DNA of 64,000 nt from Rhodospirillales bacterium (GTDB lineage Bacteria > Pseudomonadota > Alphaproteobacteria > Micavibrionales > Micavibrionaceae), in contig CP060238.1 in the NCBI GenBank assembly GCA_023898765.1, positions 428,094 to 492,093 on the forward strand. Direction: 5' to 3'. Shown here in pieces: positions 46,536 to 55,931 of the stretch; position 1 is the first letter of the stretch; each line of letters opens with the position of its first letter. The position numbers were made by a program, and so were the translations under genes. Below the pieces are notes generated by a model. It was not told the DNA's origin and did no database searches. It worked only from the letters and a program-made list of their open reading frames with translations.

Positions 46536-49500
46536 ATGCGCTTGCCGGGAAAACAGTTTAGACATTTTACCACTGGACTTATGTTCCTTTTGCTCATCCC
46601 GCTCCACTGGGGATTTTCGGCAAGCCCGGTCAATGCAGGGGAAACTTCATCCTCTCTGGTATTTCAAAAACTTGATAATATTGATCCCGAAGCCCTTTCT
46701 CCTGAAGAAGCGAAAAGCCTGATTCGTGAACTGAAAAGTTTGGCGCAGAAAGAGGAGGCGGCTTCTTCTTCATTATATAAAAGCACCCCTTATCCCAAAA
46801 AAGAGCGTGAATACAGCGCGTGGGAGCGGCGTATCGCGCAGGAAGTCATTGCCACGGGGCAAATGCTGGAGGGCGACCCCAGATTTGATGATGTGGTGTC
46901 CACGTTGGCGCAGCGTGGTCGCTCGATATTGCCGGATGGTTCTAACGTGACGCAGGACTGGGTGCGGGAGAATTTGCAGGATGTTTTACCCGCGATTGAT
47001 AATAAAATGGCGGCAGCGGCGATGAATGCGGCAACGGGAGAGATTGCCAGAGGAACCGGCGACATGGCGAACGGTTTTGCCCAATCACAGATAGGATCGC
47101 AAATTGGCTTATCCGGGGAAGGGCAAAGCTATGATCTAGGCGGCAATCTTAAACAAACGGCCATTCGCAGCGGCCTGGAAGGGGTAAAGGCAGCAGCGTC
47201 GGCAAGCGATATTTATGCTCTGAATCACCTGGAACTGGAATACTCCCTTTCGGGTGACGGAATTGATGAATACTCGGTTTTAACCGTCCAACCGCTCTGG
47301 GACAGTGCCGATTTGCGTCATAACATTTTCGCGCAGGCTTCCTACGCCAACAAACAGGTTGAAGATATAGGTGCGGATACAAGCCAGCGCCGCGATACGG
47401 TGAATGCCGGGCTTGCTTACCGCTACATTACACCAGATGAACAGCATATGTTCGGGGCCAATGCCTTCTTCGATCACCAGTGGCCGTATCACCATAATCG
47501 CATGTCGTTGGGGCTGGATTATAAAACCAGCCTGTACGGTGTGGCGTTCAATAAATATGTCGGCCTGTCCGACTGGCGCGGACGTGATGACGGTTATGAA
47601 GAAAAAGCATTAGGAGGTGAAGATCTGGAAGTTTCGGGGCGTTTGCCCCAAGCCCCGGAACTGGAAGTGTTTGCCAAGGGCTATCATTGGAGTCAGGAAA
47701 AGACACCTGTTATCAATCCGGACGGGGACGATATATGGGGCTATCAGTTTGCGGCGGAATACACGCCGGTGAATGCCTTTACGATCCGTTCCCAAGCGAC
47801 AAGAGACAATGAAATGGACGATATGGAAGGGCAGATTACCATGCGCCTGAATTATCGTTTCGGGCAGGGATGGGATGATTTGTGGAAGCGCCCGACTTAC
47901 AATCTTGATTCCGTTCTGGATCGGCGTTTTGAGAAAGTGCGCCGGAACAATGAAATACGGGTACAGGTGCGTCAAGACCCTGATGTAACGGCGCGCGTGA
48001 CCTTTGCACAAGGGGCAAATGTCAGTGTCGGGCAATCTCTGGCCTTCGGCACGACGATTACGACCGGCGGCGCGGGCGGCGACGGAGCCACGGTAGTCTT
48101 CGGCAACGGCGCAAGGCTGGATGTGGGACAAAATACGCAAGTGCGGATTGAAAAAGACCAGATCGTCCTGATTACCGGGATTATACAATTCACCAGCGGC
48201 AGTGGCGGCATAACGGTTATTGCCGTGCCGGGCGGTACAATCGACCTGATAGGAACGGACGTGGATGTGCGCGTATCGGGCGGCACCACGACGCTGCGGG
48301 TGCGTGATGGCGCAGCGGACTTTACAGACGATACCGGTACAACGCGCGTGAATACGGAAGAACTGGCCGAAGCACAGGATGGGGATGGGCTGGCACCGCA
48401 AATCCGCGCCGAAGGTACGGCCATTTATGAGACACATACAAGTGAAGCGCACACGCAGCTTGATCTCGTCGGCCCGCAGCCTTCCAATCCGAAAGCCGCG
48501 CCTTTTGCCGATGAAGCGGTCAGTGTGGCCGGCACGCTGGCTACGGGCAATACACTGACCTTTACCGTGCCATTGACGGGAAGCGTCACGGTCACCGGAA
48601 TGCCGAGGCTACGCTTTACCCTGGGCGGTCTGGATCGTCTGGCCGATTATGCGAGCGGCAGCGGCACATCCACGCTTGTCTTTACTTATGATGTTGTGGG
48701 TGCGGATGAAACATTGTCCAATATCGTTGCCGAGGAAATCGAGAAGAACGGCGGTACGTTGACCGGCACAAACGGCGCGCCGATGGTGCGGACGGTCAGC
48801 GGCGGATTGTCCGGCACGGTGCCGGATGTCACCATGCCGACGATTGCAGGCTTTACGGCGGTATCGAGCGGCGGCGACCCGGCAGGAATTGGCGATATAA
48901 TCACGGTGACATTAAACGCGAATGAAGACCTTGTGCAAAGCGGCACGCCGAGCTTAACGCTGAATATTGGTGGCACGTCCCGCACCGCGAATTTCTCCGC
49001 GATCAATGCCGGTAACGCCGAATTTACCTACACGGTGCAGGCGGGGGACAATGACGCGGACGGGATCACGATTACCGCGATCACTGTGGCGGCGGATGAG
49101 CTGGAGGATGCGTCCGGCAACGATCTGGATACGACATTTGCTCTGCCACATAATTTAAGCCTTGATGTAAGCACGATCCTTCTAGGTCTTTCATCTTGCC
49201 CGTCCGGTGATTTGTCCGCCCCGGCCAATTCAGGCTGTGCGCGCCTGTTTGGGGCGGATCCCACGGATATGGATGATGTGATGGTTTATGCCGGGGATGT
49301 ACCGGGCACAACCACGGACTTCTTCGTGCGCCGCTGTGATCTGGGGCAGGACTATGACCCGGTTGACGACCGCTGTGAAAATGGCGGCGGCGATCCGAAT
49401 ACCAGAGATACGATGCAATGGAAAAATGCCAATACGGAATCCGACACAACGAATATAGGAACGGGTACGGCTTGGACAAATGTAAATGCCACGGATGGCC

Positions 49501-49862
49501 CTGGCAATACGGCAACGCTTGTGGCCGATGTATCAGGTACGCACACGGCGGCGGAAACCTGTAATGCTCTGTCCGGCGGTGGCTGGTATCTGCCGGCGAT
49601 TTCGGAACTGGATGTGATCTATGCCAATTTGAATGCGACAGACGATCCCGACCATCCATTGCCGACAGTCAATGATGCGACAGATGATGATAACAGCGGC
49701 ACGACCGGTCCGTTGCGTAGCAGCTTTGATCTCAGCGGCCAATGGTACTGGTCGTCCTCGGAGCCCAATAGCGGCGGCGCATGGATACAGCGCTTCAGTG
49801 ACGGTGGCCAGAGCAGCAGCAATAAGACGCCTTTCCGTAGCGTCCGCTGTGCCCGGAGATGA
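46536..49862 (+). CDS. inverse autotransporter (intimin/invasin-family) adhesin with FecR-like, Ig-like and C-terminal DUF1566 (Lcl C-terminal, lectin-like) domains
   Basis: Signal peptide ...SPVNA-GE. The beta-domain matches the invasin pattern (GLAYRY...FGANAFFDH...RMSLGLDY...NKYVGLSDW...EEKALGGEDLEVSGRLP...AAEYTPV...RLNYRFGQGW). The C-terminus reads GGWYLPAISEL...WYWSSSE...AW...RSVRCAR. Confidence 0.85.
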   Translation: MRLPGKQFRHFTTGLMFLLLIPLHWGFSASPVNAGETSSSLVFQKLDNIDPEALSPEEAKSLIRELKSLAQKEEAASSSLYKSTPYPKKEREYSAWERRIAQEVIATGQMLEGDPRFDDVVSTLAQRGRSILPDGSNVTQDWVRENLQDVLPAIDNKMAAAAMNAATGEIARGTGDMANGFAQSQIGSQIGLSGEGQSYDLGGNLKQTAIRSGLEGVKAAASASDIYALNHLELEYSLSGDGIDEYSVLTVQPLWDSADLRHNIFAQASYANKQVEDIGADTSQRRDTVNAGLAYRYITPDEQHMFGANAFFDHQWPYHHNRMSLGLDYKTSLYGVAFNKYVGLSDWRGRDDGYEEKALGGEDLEVSGRLPQAPELEVFAKGYHWSQEKTPVINPDGDDIWGYQFAAEYTPVNAFTIRSQATRDNEMDDMEGQITMRLNYRFGQGWDDLWKRPTYNLDSVLDRRFEKVRRNNEIRVQVRQDPDVTARVTFAQGANVSVGQSLAFGTTITTGGAGGDGATVVFGNGARLDVGQNTQVRIEKDQIVLITGIIQFTSGSGGITVIAVPGGTIDLIGTDVDVRVSGGTTTLRVRDGAADFTDDTGTTRVNTEELAEAQDGDGLAPQIRAEGTAIYETHTSEAHTQLDLVGPQPSNPKAAPFADEAVSVAGTLATGNTLTFTVPLTGSVTVTGMPRLRFTLGGLDRLADYASGSGTSTLVFTYDVVGADETLSNIVAEEIEKNGGTLTGTNGAPMVRTVSGGLSGTVPDVTMPTIAGFTAVSSGGDPAGIGDIITVTLNANEDLVQSGTPSLTLNIGGTSRTANFSAINAGNAEFTYTVQAGDNDADGITITAITVAADELEDASGNDLDTTFALPHNLSLDVSTILLGLSSCPSGDLSAPANSGCARLFGADPTDMDDVMVYAGDVPGTTTDFFVRRCDLGQDYDPVDDRCENGGGDPNTRDTMQWKNANTESDTTNIGTGTAWTNVNATDGPGNTATLVADVSGTHTAAETCNALSGGGWYLPAISELDVIYANLNATDDPDHPLPTVNDATDDDNSGTTGPLRSSFDLSGQWYWSSSEPNSGGAWIQRFSDGGQSSSNKTPFRSVRCARR

Positions 49863-49999
49863 ACCATTTAATCATTTAATAATTTAACTGTCCCCGCGAA
49901 GCGGGGTCGCTACAAATTTTTTGCAGAATTTTTTAAAAACATCTTTTCTTACAGTTGGTTAATACGCACAATAGAGGTCTGTATGAAGGGTGTTTTTTA

Positions 50000-50347
50000 A
50001 TGGCGCAATACCAGCATTTGCCAATTTACAAGTTGACCTATGATCTGCTTTTGCGGATTATGCAGGTGACGAAGAATTTTCCGCGCGAATATAGGCACAC
50101 ACTTGGGCAGAAGCTGAAAGAAGAAATTATTGAGCTGGTCGTTATGATCTATAAGGCCAACACAGCCAAGGACAAGGAGCATCACATTGAAATGATCCTT
50201 GAGCGCATTCAGGTGGTGCAGTTATTGATAAGATTGTCGCATGATATAAGAATATTGCCGCGTAAGCATTACGTAGACCTTGCCGAGAAAATCGACAGCC
50301 TGGCTCGTCAGGCGCAAGGGTGGCTCAAGAGTTCGGGAAAGAGATAG
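50000..50347 (+). CDS. four-helix-bundle protein (23S rRNA intervening-sequence protein / Avd-like family)
   Basis: MAQYQHLPIYKLTYDLLLRIMQVTKNFPREYRHTLGQKL... is typical of this family. 115 aa from ATG 50000. Confidence 0.8.
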   Translation: MAQYQHLPIYKLTYDLLLRIMQVTKNFPREYRHTLGQKLKEEIIELVVMIYKANTAKDKEHHIEMILERIQVVQLLIRLSHDIRILPRKHYVDLAEKIDSLARQAQGWLKSSGKR

Positions 50348-50426
50348 CCAGAACGGGTTGCGGCCAAGGCCCGGCCCGGCGAGCGTGTTCATCTCGGATG
50401 ATGGCGGTAACGGTTTCAAAAGGAAA

Positions 50427-50451
50427 CCACGCGGCGTTTATAGCCGCGTGG
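50427..50451 (-). terminator. hairpin terminator downstream of the ParB-like gene
   Basis: CCACGCGGC-N7-GCCGCGTGG. On the minus strand it is followed by TTTCCTTTT. Confidence 0.5.
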
Positions 50452-50467
50452 CAAGTGGGGCAGGGGA

Positions 50468-52222
50468 CTAGGCCGCTTCCGCGTATTCTTCCTCGTCCTC
50501 AAAGTCGGCGGATTCTTCAAAATTCTCTTCCTCCGGCTCATCTTTGGCATCGGGATTGATAGCGGGAAACTGCATGGCTTCGGGAATCCAGAACGTAGCT
50601 TTTAATTCATCTTGGTTCGGAGCTTCCAGTGTCAAAACGTGCTGGAAGTGCTTTGCCATTGAGGACACAAGTTCTTTCTTCTTGTACCCCGCCGCACTAC
50701 CGTACTTTTGGGAGCAACCGGCCTCGCTGATAATTTTCAAAAGCTGTTCCTTGTTGCGGCGTTTCAGGAACGCTTCGTCAGGCCGCCAGTAATCCCGCAT
50801 ATCGACATTCAAATCCGCCGCTATCTTGTTAAACAGGCTGTCTGCATTGGTATCAAGACGATCAACAAAGCTCTGACCAAACTCTAAAACTTCCAAGGCC
50901 ACCAGAATTTCTTCCAGTTGTTCATCGGACAAGGACTGTACGGCCATATATGCCCCTTCCATATTGTAAGAAAACAAATAGCCCAAACTATGCCAACTTT
51001 GGCGGTCTTCGTCCTGTTCAATGGCTTCCTTATCGACACCGAACAATCCCAGAAGATCAGTGCATTTATCATTGATAACCTTGAGGGCAGGGGGGGTATA
51101 TCCTTCCTGCATAAAATAAATCAAGGCATCGTGATTTTTAAAGCGATACAACTTTTGGGTCACAGCCAGTTCCTTTGCTTTTCTCGGATTTCCGAGCAAA
51201 GCGGCCTGTACTGCCACGCTCTTGTGCATGGACATATTACGCACAAGCGGGGTGGAGTAGGTGGGTTTCGGCTTTTTCAGGGCATCCGTGGTCGATTTAT
51301 CGGCCTTGGTTTTGGTAAGTCCTTCATGGACTTCTACTTCACCATCTGAATGAATAGCCACGATAACGCCGCCTTTCTCACCTTCTGGGGCTTCGCCGTA
51401 TTCCCATGAATGGAAATGCCCTTCAAGCAATTCAGCCCATTCAGCGGTGTTTGAGTGTTCTTCTACGAGTTTTTCTGCCGCCGCTTTTTGCAACTCGAAA
51501 AATTGCTCAAAATCGTTGAAATAGGTGGCATCATCCTCGGCGAGAAGGTCTTGCGTGAAATCGCCTGTGTATTCGGCTTTATCAAAAATTGCCATAGACA
51601 CACTCGGCAAATTGCCAAGAATCATGTCTTTTACATCTTCCGCGTCATTGTAACTGGAAGTCGCGCGGCCTAAGACCCTTTCCTGCTGTTCATGGCTTCC
51701 GATGCTCAAGGCTTCGGCTTTTGAAAGCGTGAGTTCACCTTCGATTAAAGCCTGTTTCGCCGCTTCACAAAGGTCTGTCAGAGCAAGGCGGCGTTTGATA
51801 GTCGCCACGGCAAGACCCGTTTTTGCGACAATATCATCCAGTCTTTCGCCATCCTGAACCAAGAGCTTGATAGCTTCGGCTTCTTCCATTGGAGAGAGGT
51901 CTTCCCGTTGCATATTTTCCATTGTGGCAATACGCTGTGTTTCTTCATCCGATAAGTCGGCTTTGATTTCAACCGTCACCTCGTAATCTTCGGGCAAATC
52001 GCCTTGCTCCTGCAATAGAGACAAAGCCCGAAAACGGCGTTCACCGCAAATAATCGGGTGCATTTTCTTTCTGCCTTTGGGTTTGCCGACAATCAGGTTT
52101 TGAAGCAATCCGTCCGTTTTAATGGACAGTGCCAATCCTGCGATAGTGGCATCATCAAAGTTTTTACGCGGGTTTCCAGTTGAAGGCTGGATTTTTGAAA
52201 GTGGTAATGTTTGCAAAGTCAT
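50468..52222 (-). CDS. ParB/Srx N-terminal domain protein of the plasmid/ICE-borne type, 584 aa
   Basis: LPLSKIQPSTGNPRKNF...LLQNLIV...ICGERRFRAL ParB-like nuclease fold motifs, a long C-terminal extension and an acidic tail. ATG 52222 with a GGAGAA SD. Confidence 0.8.
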   Translation of the reverse strand: MTLQTLPLSKIQPSTGNPRKNFDDATIAGLALSIKTDGLLQNLIVGKPKGRKKMHPIICGERRFRALSLLQEQGDLPEDYEVTVEIKADLSDEETQRIATMENMQREDLSPMEEAEAIKLLVQDGERLDDIVAKTGLAVATIKRRLALTDLCEAAKQALIEGELTLSKAEALSIGSHEQQERVLGRATSSYNDAEDVKDMILGNLPSVSMAIFDKAEYTGDFTQDLLAEDDATYFNDFEQFFELQKAAAEKLVEEHSNTAEWAELLEGHFHSWEYGEAPEGEKGGVIVAIHSDGEVEVHEGLTKTKADKSTTDALKKPKPTYSTPLVRNMSMHKSVAVQAALLGNPRKAKELAVTQKLYRFKNHDALIYFMQEGYTPPALKVINDKCTDLLGLFGVDKEAIEQDEDRQSWHSLGYLFSYNMEGAYMAVQSLSDEQLEEILVALEVLEFGQSFVDRLDTNADSLFNKIAADLNVDMRDYWRPDEAFLKRRNKEQLLKIISEAGCSQKYGSAAGYKKKELVSSMAKHFQHVLTLEAPNQDELKATFWIPEAMQFPAINPDAKDEPEEENFEESADFEDEEEYAEAA

Positions 52223-52443
52223 GGTATTTCTCCTTTTTGCTTTGGTTAGGTTAAAAAGTGCGTGTCGCACTTCTTTCCTATGGGCCGCGCAGCGGCTTCT
52301 AAGCGCCAGGATCCGTCAAGCTTGAAACCCTTCGTAGAAGGGGCAGGCGAAATTTTATTGTCTTTCCTAGCTTGCGACGGAAAGCAGTAAAATTTTCGGC
52401 TTTCGGGCTTTACGGAGACAGGCAAGAGAAAAAACAAAAAAGC

Positions 52444-52495
52444 CCTTAAACCCCAAAAATTGGAATCATCCCTTCCTTAAACCCCAAAAATTGGA
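52444..52495 (+). promoter_or_regulatory. two perfect 21-bp direct repeats (CCTTAAACCCCAAAAATTGGA), 31-bp period, upstream of fic
   Basis: Copies at 52444-52464 and 52475-52495. The second ends 25 nt before ATG 52521. Confidence 0.6.
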
Positions 52496-52520
52496 TAAAG
52501 TGGCCTTGAAAGGATTTTTA

Positions 52521-54023
52521 ATGCCCACTTTTTTTGACGATCTGCCGGAAATCTTTGTCTCCAATACCGAAATTTCAGGATTGGTGAGAAAAGCCGTGAA
52601 ATCTGGAAAGCTCCGAAAACTCGGCACAAGACTTTACACAAAAGATCTGGAAGCAACGCCAGAAAGCATCGTGAAGCGTAACTGGTATTTTTTGCTTAAA
52701 CGTTATTACCCCGATGCCCTGATTGCCGACCGCACCGCGATTGAAAACCAGCCTGCGGCAGACGGCTCGGTGTTTATCGTTTCAAAGAAAAAGAGAGAAA
52801 CCGTCCTGCCAGGGATTATTTTTAAACCAAGGCCGGGAGTAGGGGGCTTGGAAACAGACCGGCCTTTCCTGGGCGGGGTACATCTGTCCTCAACCGGGCG
52901 CGCCTATCTTGAAAATATGAGGCCGTCCCGCGCGCGCGGCGGCGATACCTCCCGCACCTTATCCCGAAAAGAAATTGAAGAACGTCTTGACCGCGTATTG
53001 CGGCAAAGCGGTCATGCCGGACTGAATGCCATTCGGGATGAAGCCCGCGTATTGGTAAAAAAGCTTGATGCGGAAAAAGAATTTAAGGAACTGGACGAGC
53101 TGATCGGATCGCTGCTTGGAACGCGCGACACAGAAATGAAAAGTGATATAGGCAAGGCCAGGAAAGGGGGGATGCCCTTTGATCCTGTGAGATTGGAAAA
53201 ATTCATCACATTGTTTGAAGCCTTAAAAGCATCTGCCCCCGTACACCGCCGCGCGCGAGAAACCACCGGGGCGGCCAGAACCAATTTGGCGTTTTTTGAG
53301 GCTTATTTCTCTAACTTCATTGAAGGGACGGAATTTGAAATTGATGAGGCCGTTGATATTGTCTTTAATGGCCGCATCCCGAATGACCGGCCTGAAGACG
53401 CGCACGATGTTTTAGGGACATTCAGAATTGTTTCCGATACTTCGGAAATGGCCAAATTGCCAACTTCAGCGGAAGAATTGTCCCATTTGCTGAAAAGCCG
53501 TCACGCGGTTTTTATGGAGCTGCGGCCGGATAAACACCCCGGCGCGTACAAGATCAAAAACAACCAGGCCGGCTCAAGTCTTTTTGTCGCCCCTGAACTG
53601 GTGGAAGGCACACTAGAAAAAGGATTTGAAATATACCAATCATTGAGCGTCCCTTTGTACCGAGCCATTTTTATGATGTTCCTGATTAGTGAAATTCACC
53701 CGTTCACGGACGGTAACGGGCGAGCAGCACGAATTATGATGAATGCGGAGCTGATGGCGGCTGGTGAAGAAAAAATCATTATTCCCACGATCTATAGAAG
53801 CAATTACCTCTCTTCGCTCAAGGCACTAACCCATAACGGACTAACAGAGCCACTAATCCGAACACTCGACTTTGCTCAAAAATATACAAGAAGCCTCGAT
53901 TGGGATGATTTTGAAGAAGCGCGGCGCCAGCTCGCGGGAACAAATGCCTTTATGGATCCGAATGAAGCTGACGAAAACGGCGTGAGGCTGAAACTTTATC
54001 AGGAAAGCGAGCGCAGCAGCTAA
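52521..54023 (+). CDS. Fic family protein (probable AMPylase) with long N-terminal extension
   Basis: Fic motif HPFTDGNGRAAR. Upstream inhibitory-helix-type motif SNFIEG. ATG 52521 with an AAGGA SD (the TTG at 52491 lies inside a repeat). Confidence 0.9.
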   Translation: MPTFFDDLPEIFVSNTEISGLVRKAVKSGKLRKLGTRLYTKDLEATPESIVKRNWYFLLKRYYPDALIADRTAIENQPAADGSVFIVSKKKRETVLPGIIFKPRPGVGGLETDRPFLGGVHLSSTGRAYLENMRPSRARGGDTSRTLSRKEIEERLDRVLRQSGHAGLNAIRDEARVLVKKLDAEKEFKELDELIGSLLGTRDTEMKSDIGKARKGGMPFDPVRLEKFITLFEALKASAPVHRRARETTGAARTNLAFFEAYFSNFIEGTEFEIDEAVDIVFNGRIPNDRPEDAHDVLGTFRIVSDTSEMAKLPTSAEELSHLLKSRHAVFMELRPDKHPGAYKIKNNQAGSSLFVAPELVEGTLEKGFEIYQSLSVPLYRAIFMMFLISEIHPFTDGNGRAARIMMNAELMAAGEEKIIIPTIYRSNYLSSLKALTHNGLTEPLIRTLDFAQKYTRSLDWDDFEEARRQLAGTNAFMDPNEADENGVRLKLYQESERSS

Positions 54024-54113
54024 TTTTTGGGGCGCTCTGGTGCTGTTGAACGTACCAGAGGGCAATTTTTTTTCGTGAGAACGACGAGAGAGCATGTTTT
54101 TTCACCTGAAAAT

Positions 54114-54578
54114 TCAATATTTGTTGCTTTTTCGCCATTCTCGCGGCGTTTGAAACGTCCCGCCCCATATACCTCTTTTGCCGATTTGAGCCTGATCCTG
54201 GGCGGCAGCGTAAAATCCATGACTGAAATATCTGTAGTCAATAGCCCACCCGCCGCGCACCATGAGATCGGCAAGATCGTCGCCAGCAACGAAGCATTGC
54301 GCCACAGTACGGGTTTCGCTTTTGGCGCGAGGCTTCTCCTGACATTGCAGCTCGTCCGGGTCAATCAAGCTGACCAAGTATTCGCGTGCCTGCCGGCCAC
54401 ACGGATATTCCCGGCCGTCTTGCCAGCAGAATTGATGCAGCTCCACGGCGTCAATCCCCCAGAGCCGGATTTCCCGCGTGCCTAAAACAAAACTGTCGCC
54501 GTCTTTGACGTAGAGTTTTGTACCCGCCGCGGCCGGATATAAAAATCCTGAAAGCAGCAAACAACCTAAGAAAATCAC
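54114..54578 (-). CDS. thermonuclease (SNase-like) family protein
   Basis: ...VKDGDSFVLG.REIRLWGIDAVE...GRQAREYL...YRYF pattern. GTG start. The N-terminal signal peptide is possibly clipped by the upstream junction. Confidence 0.75.
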   Translation of the reverse strand: MIFLGCLLLSGFLYPAAAGTKLYVKDGDSFVLGTREIRLWGIDAVELHQFCWQDGREYPCGRQAREYLVSLIDPDELQCQEKPRAKSETRTVAQCFVAGDDLADLMVRGGWAIDYRYFSHGFYAAAQDQAQIGKRGIWGGTFQTPREWRKSNKY

Positions 54579-54600
54579 AATCGGCAGGAATCGTGTTAAT

Positions 54601-54918
54601 CTATTGTTCTCTAAGGCTAAGGTATTTGACTAGATTGGCTTCTGTTACGGCCTGATCCTGTGTCAAATTGCCGGCAATAAGACCCTTCGTGACTTCGGTG
54701 TAACCTGTTTGCCGATCGACTGTAATAACGTATGGCTCAAAAGTTTTTAGCGGCAGTAGGAAAAGAAGACAGAGTATGCAGAGTACAGAAACAACCATAC
54801 TTGCAGACGCAACAATCCATGCTCGGTTTCTTGACTGTACGGCATTAGCGACAATCTCATTTTCCCAAGTTTGTCCTTTTTTATAATAGTCTTCTTTTTG
54901 CTTAGGATTCATAAGCAT
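54601..54918 (-). pseudogene. virB8: VirB8-family T4SS gene, 3'-truncated (105 codons)
   Basis: N-terminal cytoplasmic part + TM + ...PLKTFEPYVITVDRQTGY...ANLVKYLSLREQ*. Full-length VirB8 is about 230 aa. Confidence 0.7.
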
Positions 54919-54920
54919 CT

Positions 54921-55928
54921 TTAAAACCCTCTAATCTTTTTAATAGTTTGCCCCAAACGATTTTTTGCCGCCGCCGCCGTTAATTTGGGGTGTCGGGCAG
55001 CATTATACCCAATGACACTGGCTTTCCCTGTAGCCGCAGGAGCGCGACGTGCTATTGCTGTACCAGCTCGGCTAAACCATGAGCCAGCTCCCAATGTTGA
55101 GAGTGATAACCCGCCGGTGATGGAAGCGGCCATATTCATTACTTGCGCGAGCAATAAAACTGCGACAACCGATGTAAACAAGAACGGCCCGATAGCGGTA
55201 ATAAGAGGATCATCAGGATTCGAGTTATTCTCCATGAATTGAAGCGGCATTTCTGCAAGTGTCAGCATTAACGCGAGCAGGGCATATACAAAAATTGGGA
55301 TGACAGCATAATTGAGCAGGGTTCGCAGCCAGCCTTCAAAGAGGTTTTTTGTATTGTTGAATATGAGCAGCAAAATAAACAGCGGGCCTACAGCAAGAAG
55401 AATGGCTACGGCTAATTTTGCCAAAACAATGAGCATAGCTGCAAAGGCAGTAAATGAGATAGCTCCAACCCAGATAGCCCCGGCATAGAAATAAAGCCCC
55501 CATTTTGTCCAGCCAGCACCCTCTAAAAGCTTTTCTGAAACTTCCATAGAGCGATCATAAAATTGCGACAACGCAAGATTTGCGGTGGTTTCATCATTGG
55601 CAACGGGGGCGGCTAATGTGTCTGCAGCGCCCTGCATAATCTGACCTGCTACATCGGAGGGAAGGTCAGTAGCCATGTCATAGACCAAGATCATAAAAGT
55701 ATTCCACTCGGTCGCTACGACCAGAAGAATAATGATTTTAAGGACATTGACGAGAAGATCTGGAGCTGAGAAACGCCCGCTGACAATCACTTTATACCCA
55801 AATACTGCGATAAAAATGATAAACATTAACCGCCATAGTATTTGCACAACAGGCGTAAGGCTTCCAAAGGCCCCATTGACCAAAGCAAACACTAGATTGT
55901 CAACATTTGTAATAAGCGTTTCTATCAT
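54921..55928 (-). CDS. virB6: VirB6/TrbL-family T4SS inner-membrane protein
   Basis: 335 aa polytopic membrane protein with the VirB6-like layout, sitting between VirB4 and VirB8 remnants. Confidence 0.75.
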   Translation of the reverse strand: MIETLITNVDNLVFALVNGAFGSLTPVVQILWRLMFIIFIAVFGYKVIVSGRFSAPDLLVNVLKIIILLVVATEWNTFMILVYDMATDLPSDVAGQIMQGAADTLAAPVANDETTANLALSQFYDRSMEVSEKLLEGAGWTKWGLYFYAGAIWVGAISFTAFAAMLIVLAKLAVAILLAVGPLFILLLIFNNTKNLFEGWLRTLLNYAVIPIFVYALLALMLTLAEMPLQFMENNSNPDDPLITAIGPFLFTSVVAVLLLAQVMNMAASITGGLSLSTLGAGSWFSRAGTAIARRAPAATGKASVIGYNAARHPKLTAAAAKNRLGQTIKKIRGF

Positions 55929-55931
55929 TTT

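Noticed and set aside
52444-52495. The 21-bp direct repeats as a minimal CRISPR array or plasmid iterons.
   Set aside because: There are only two copies with a 10-bp spacer, and no cas or rep genes are adjacent. An operator-type interpretation fits better.
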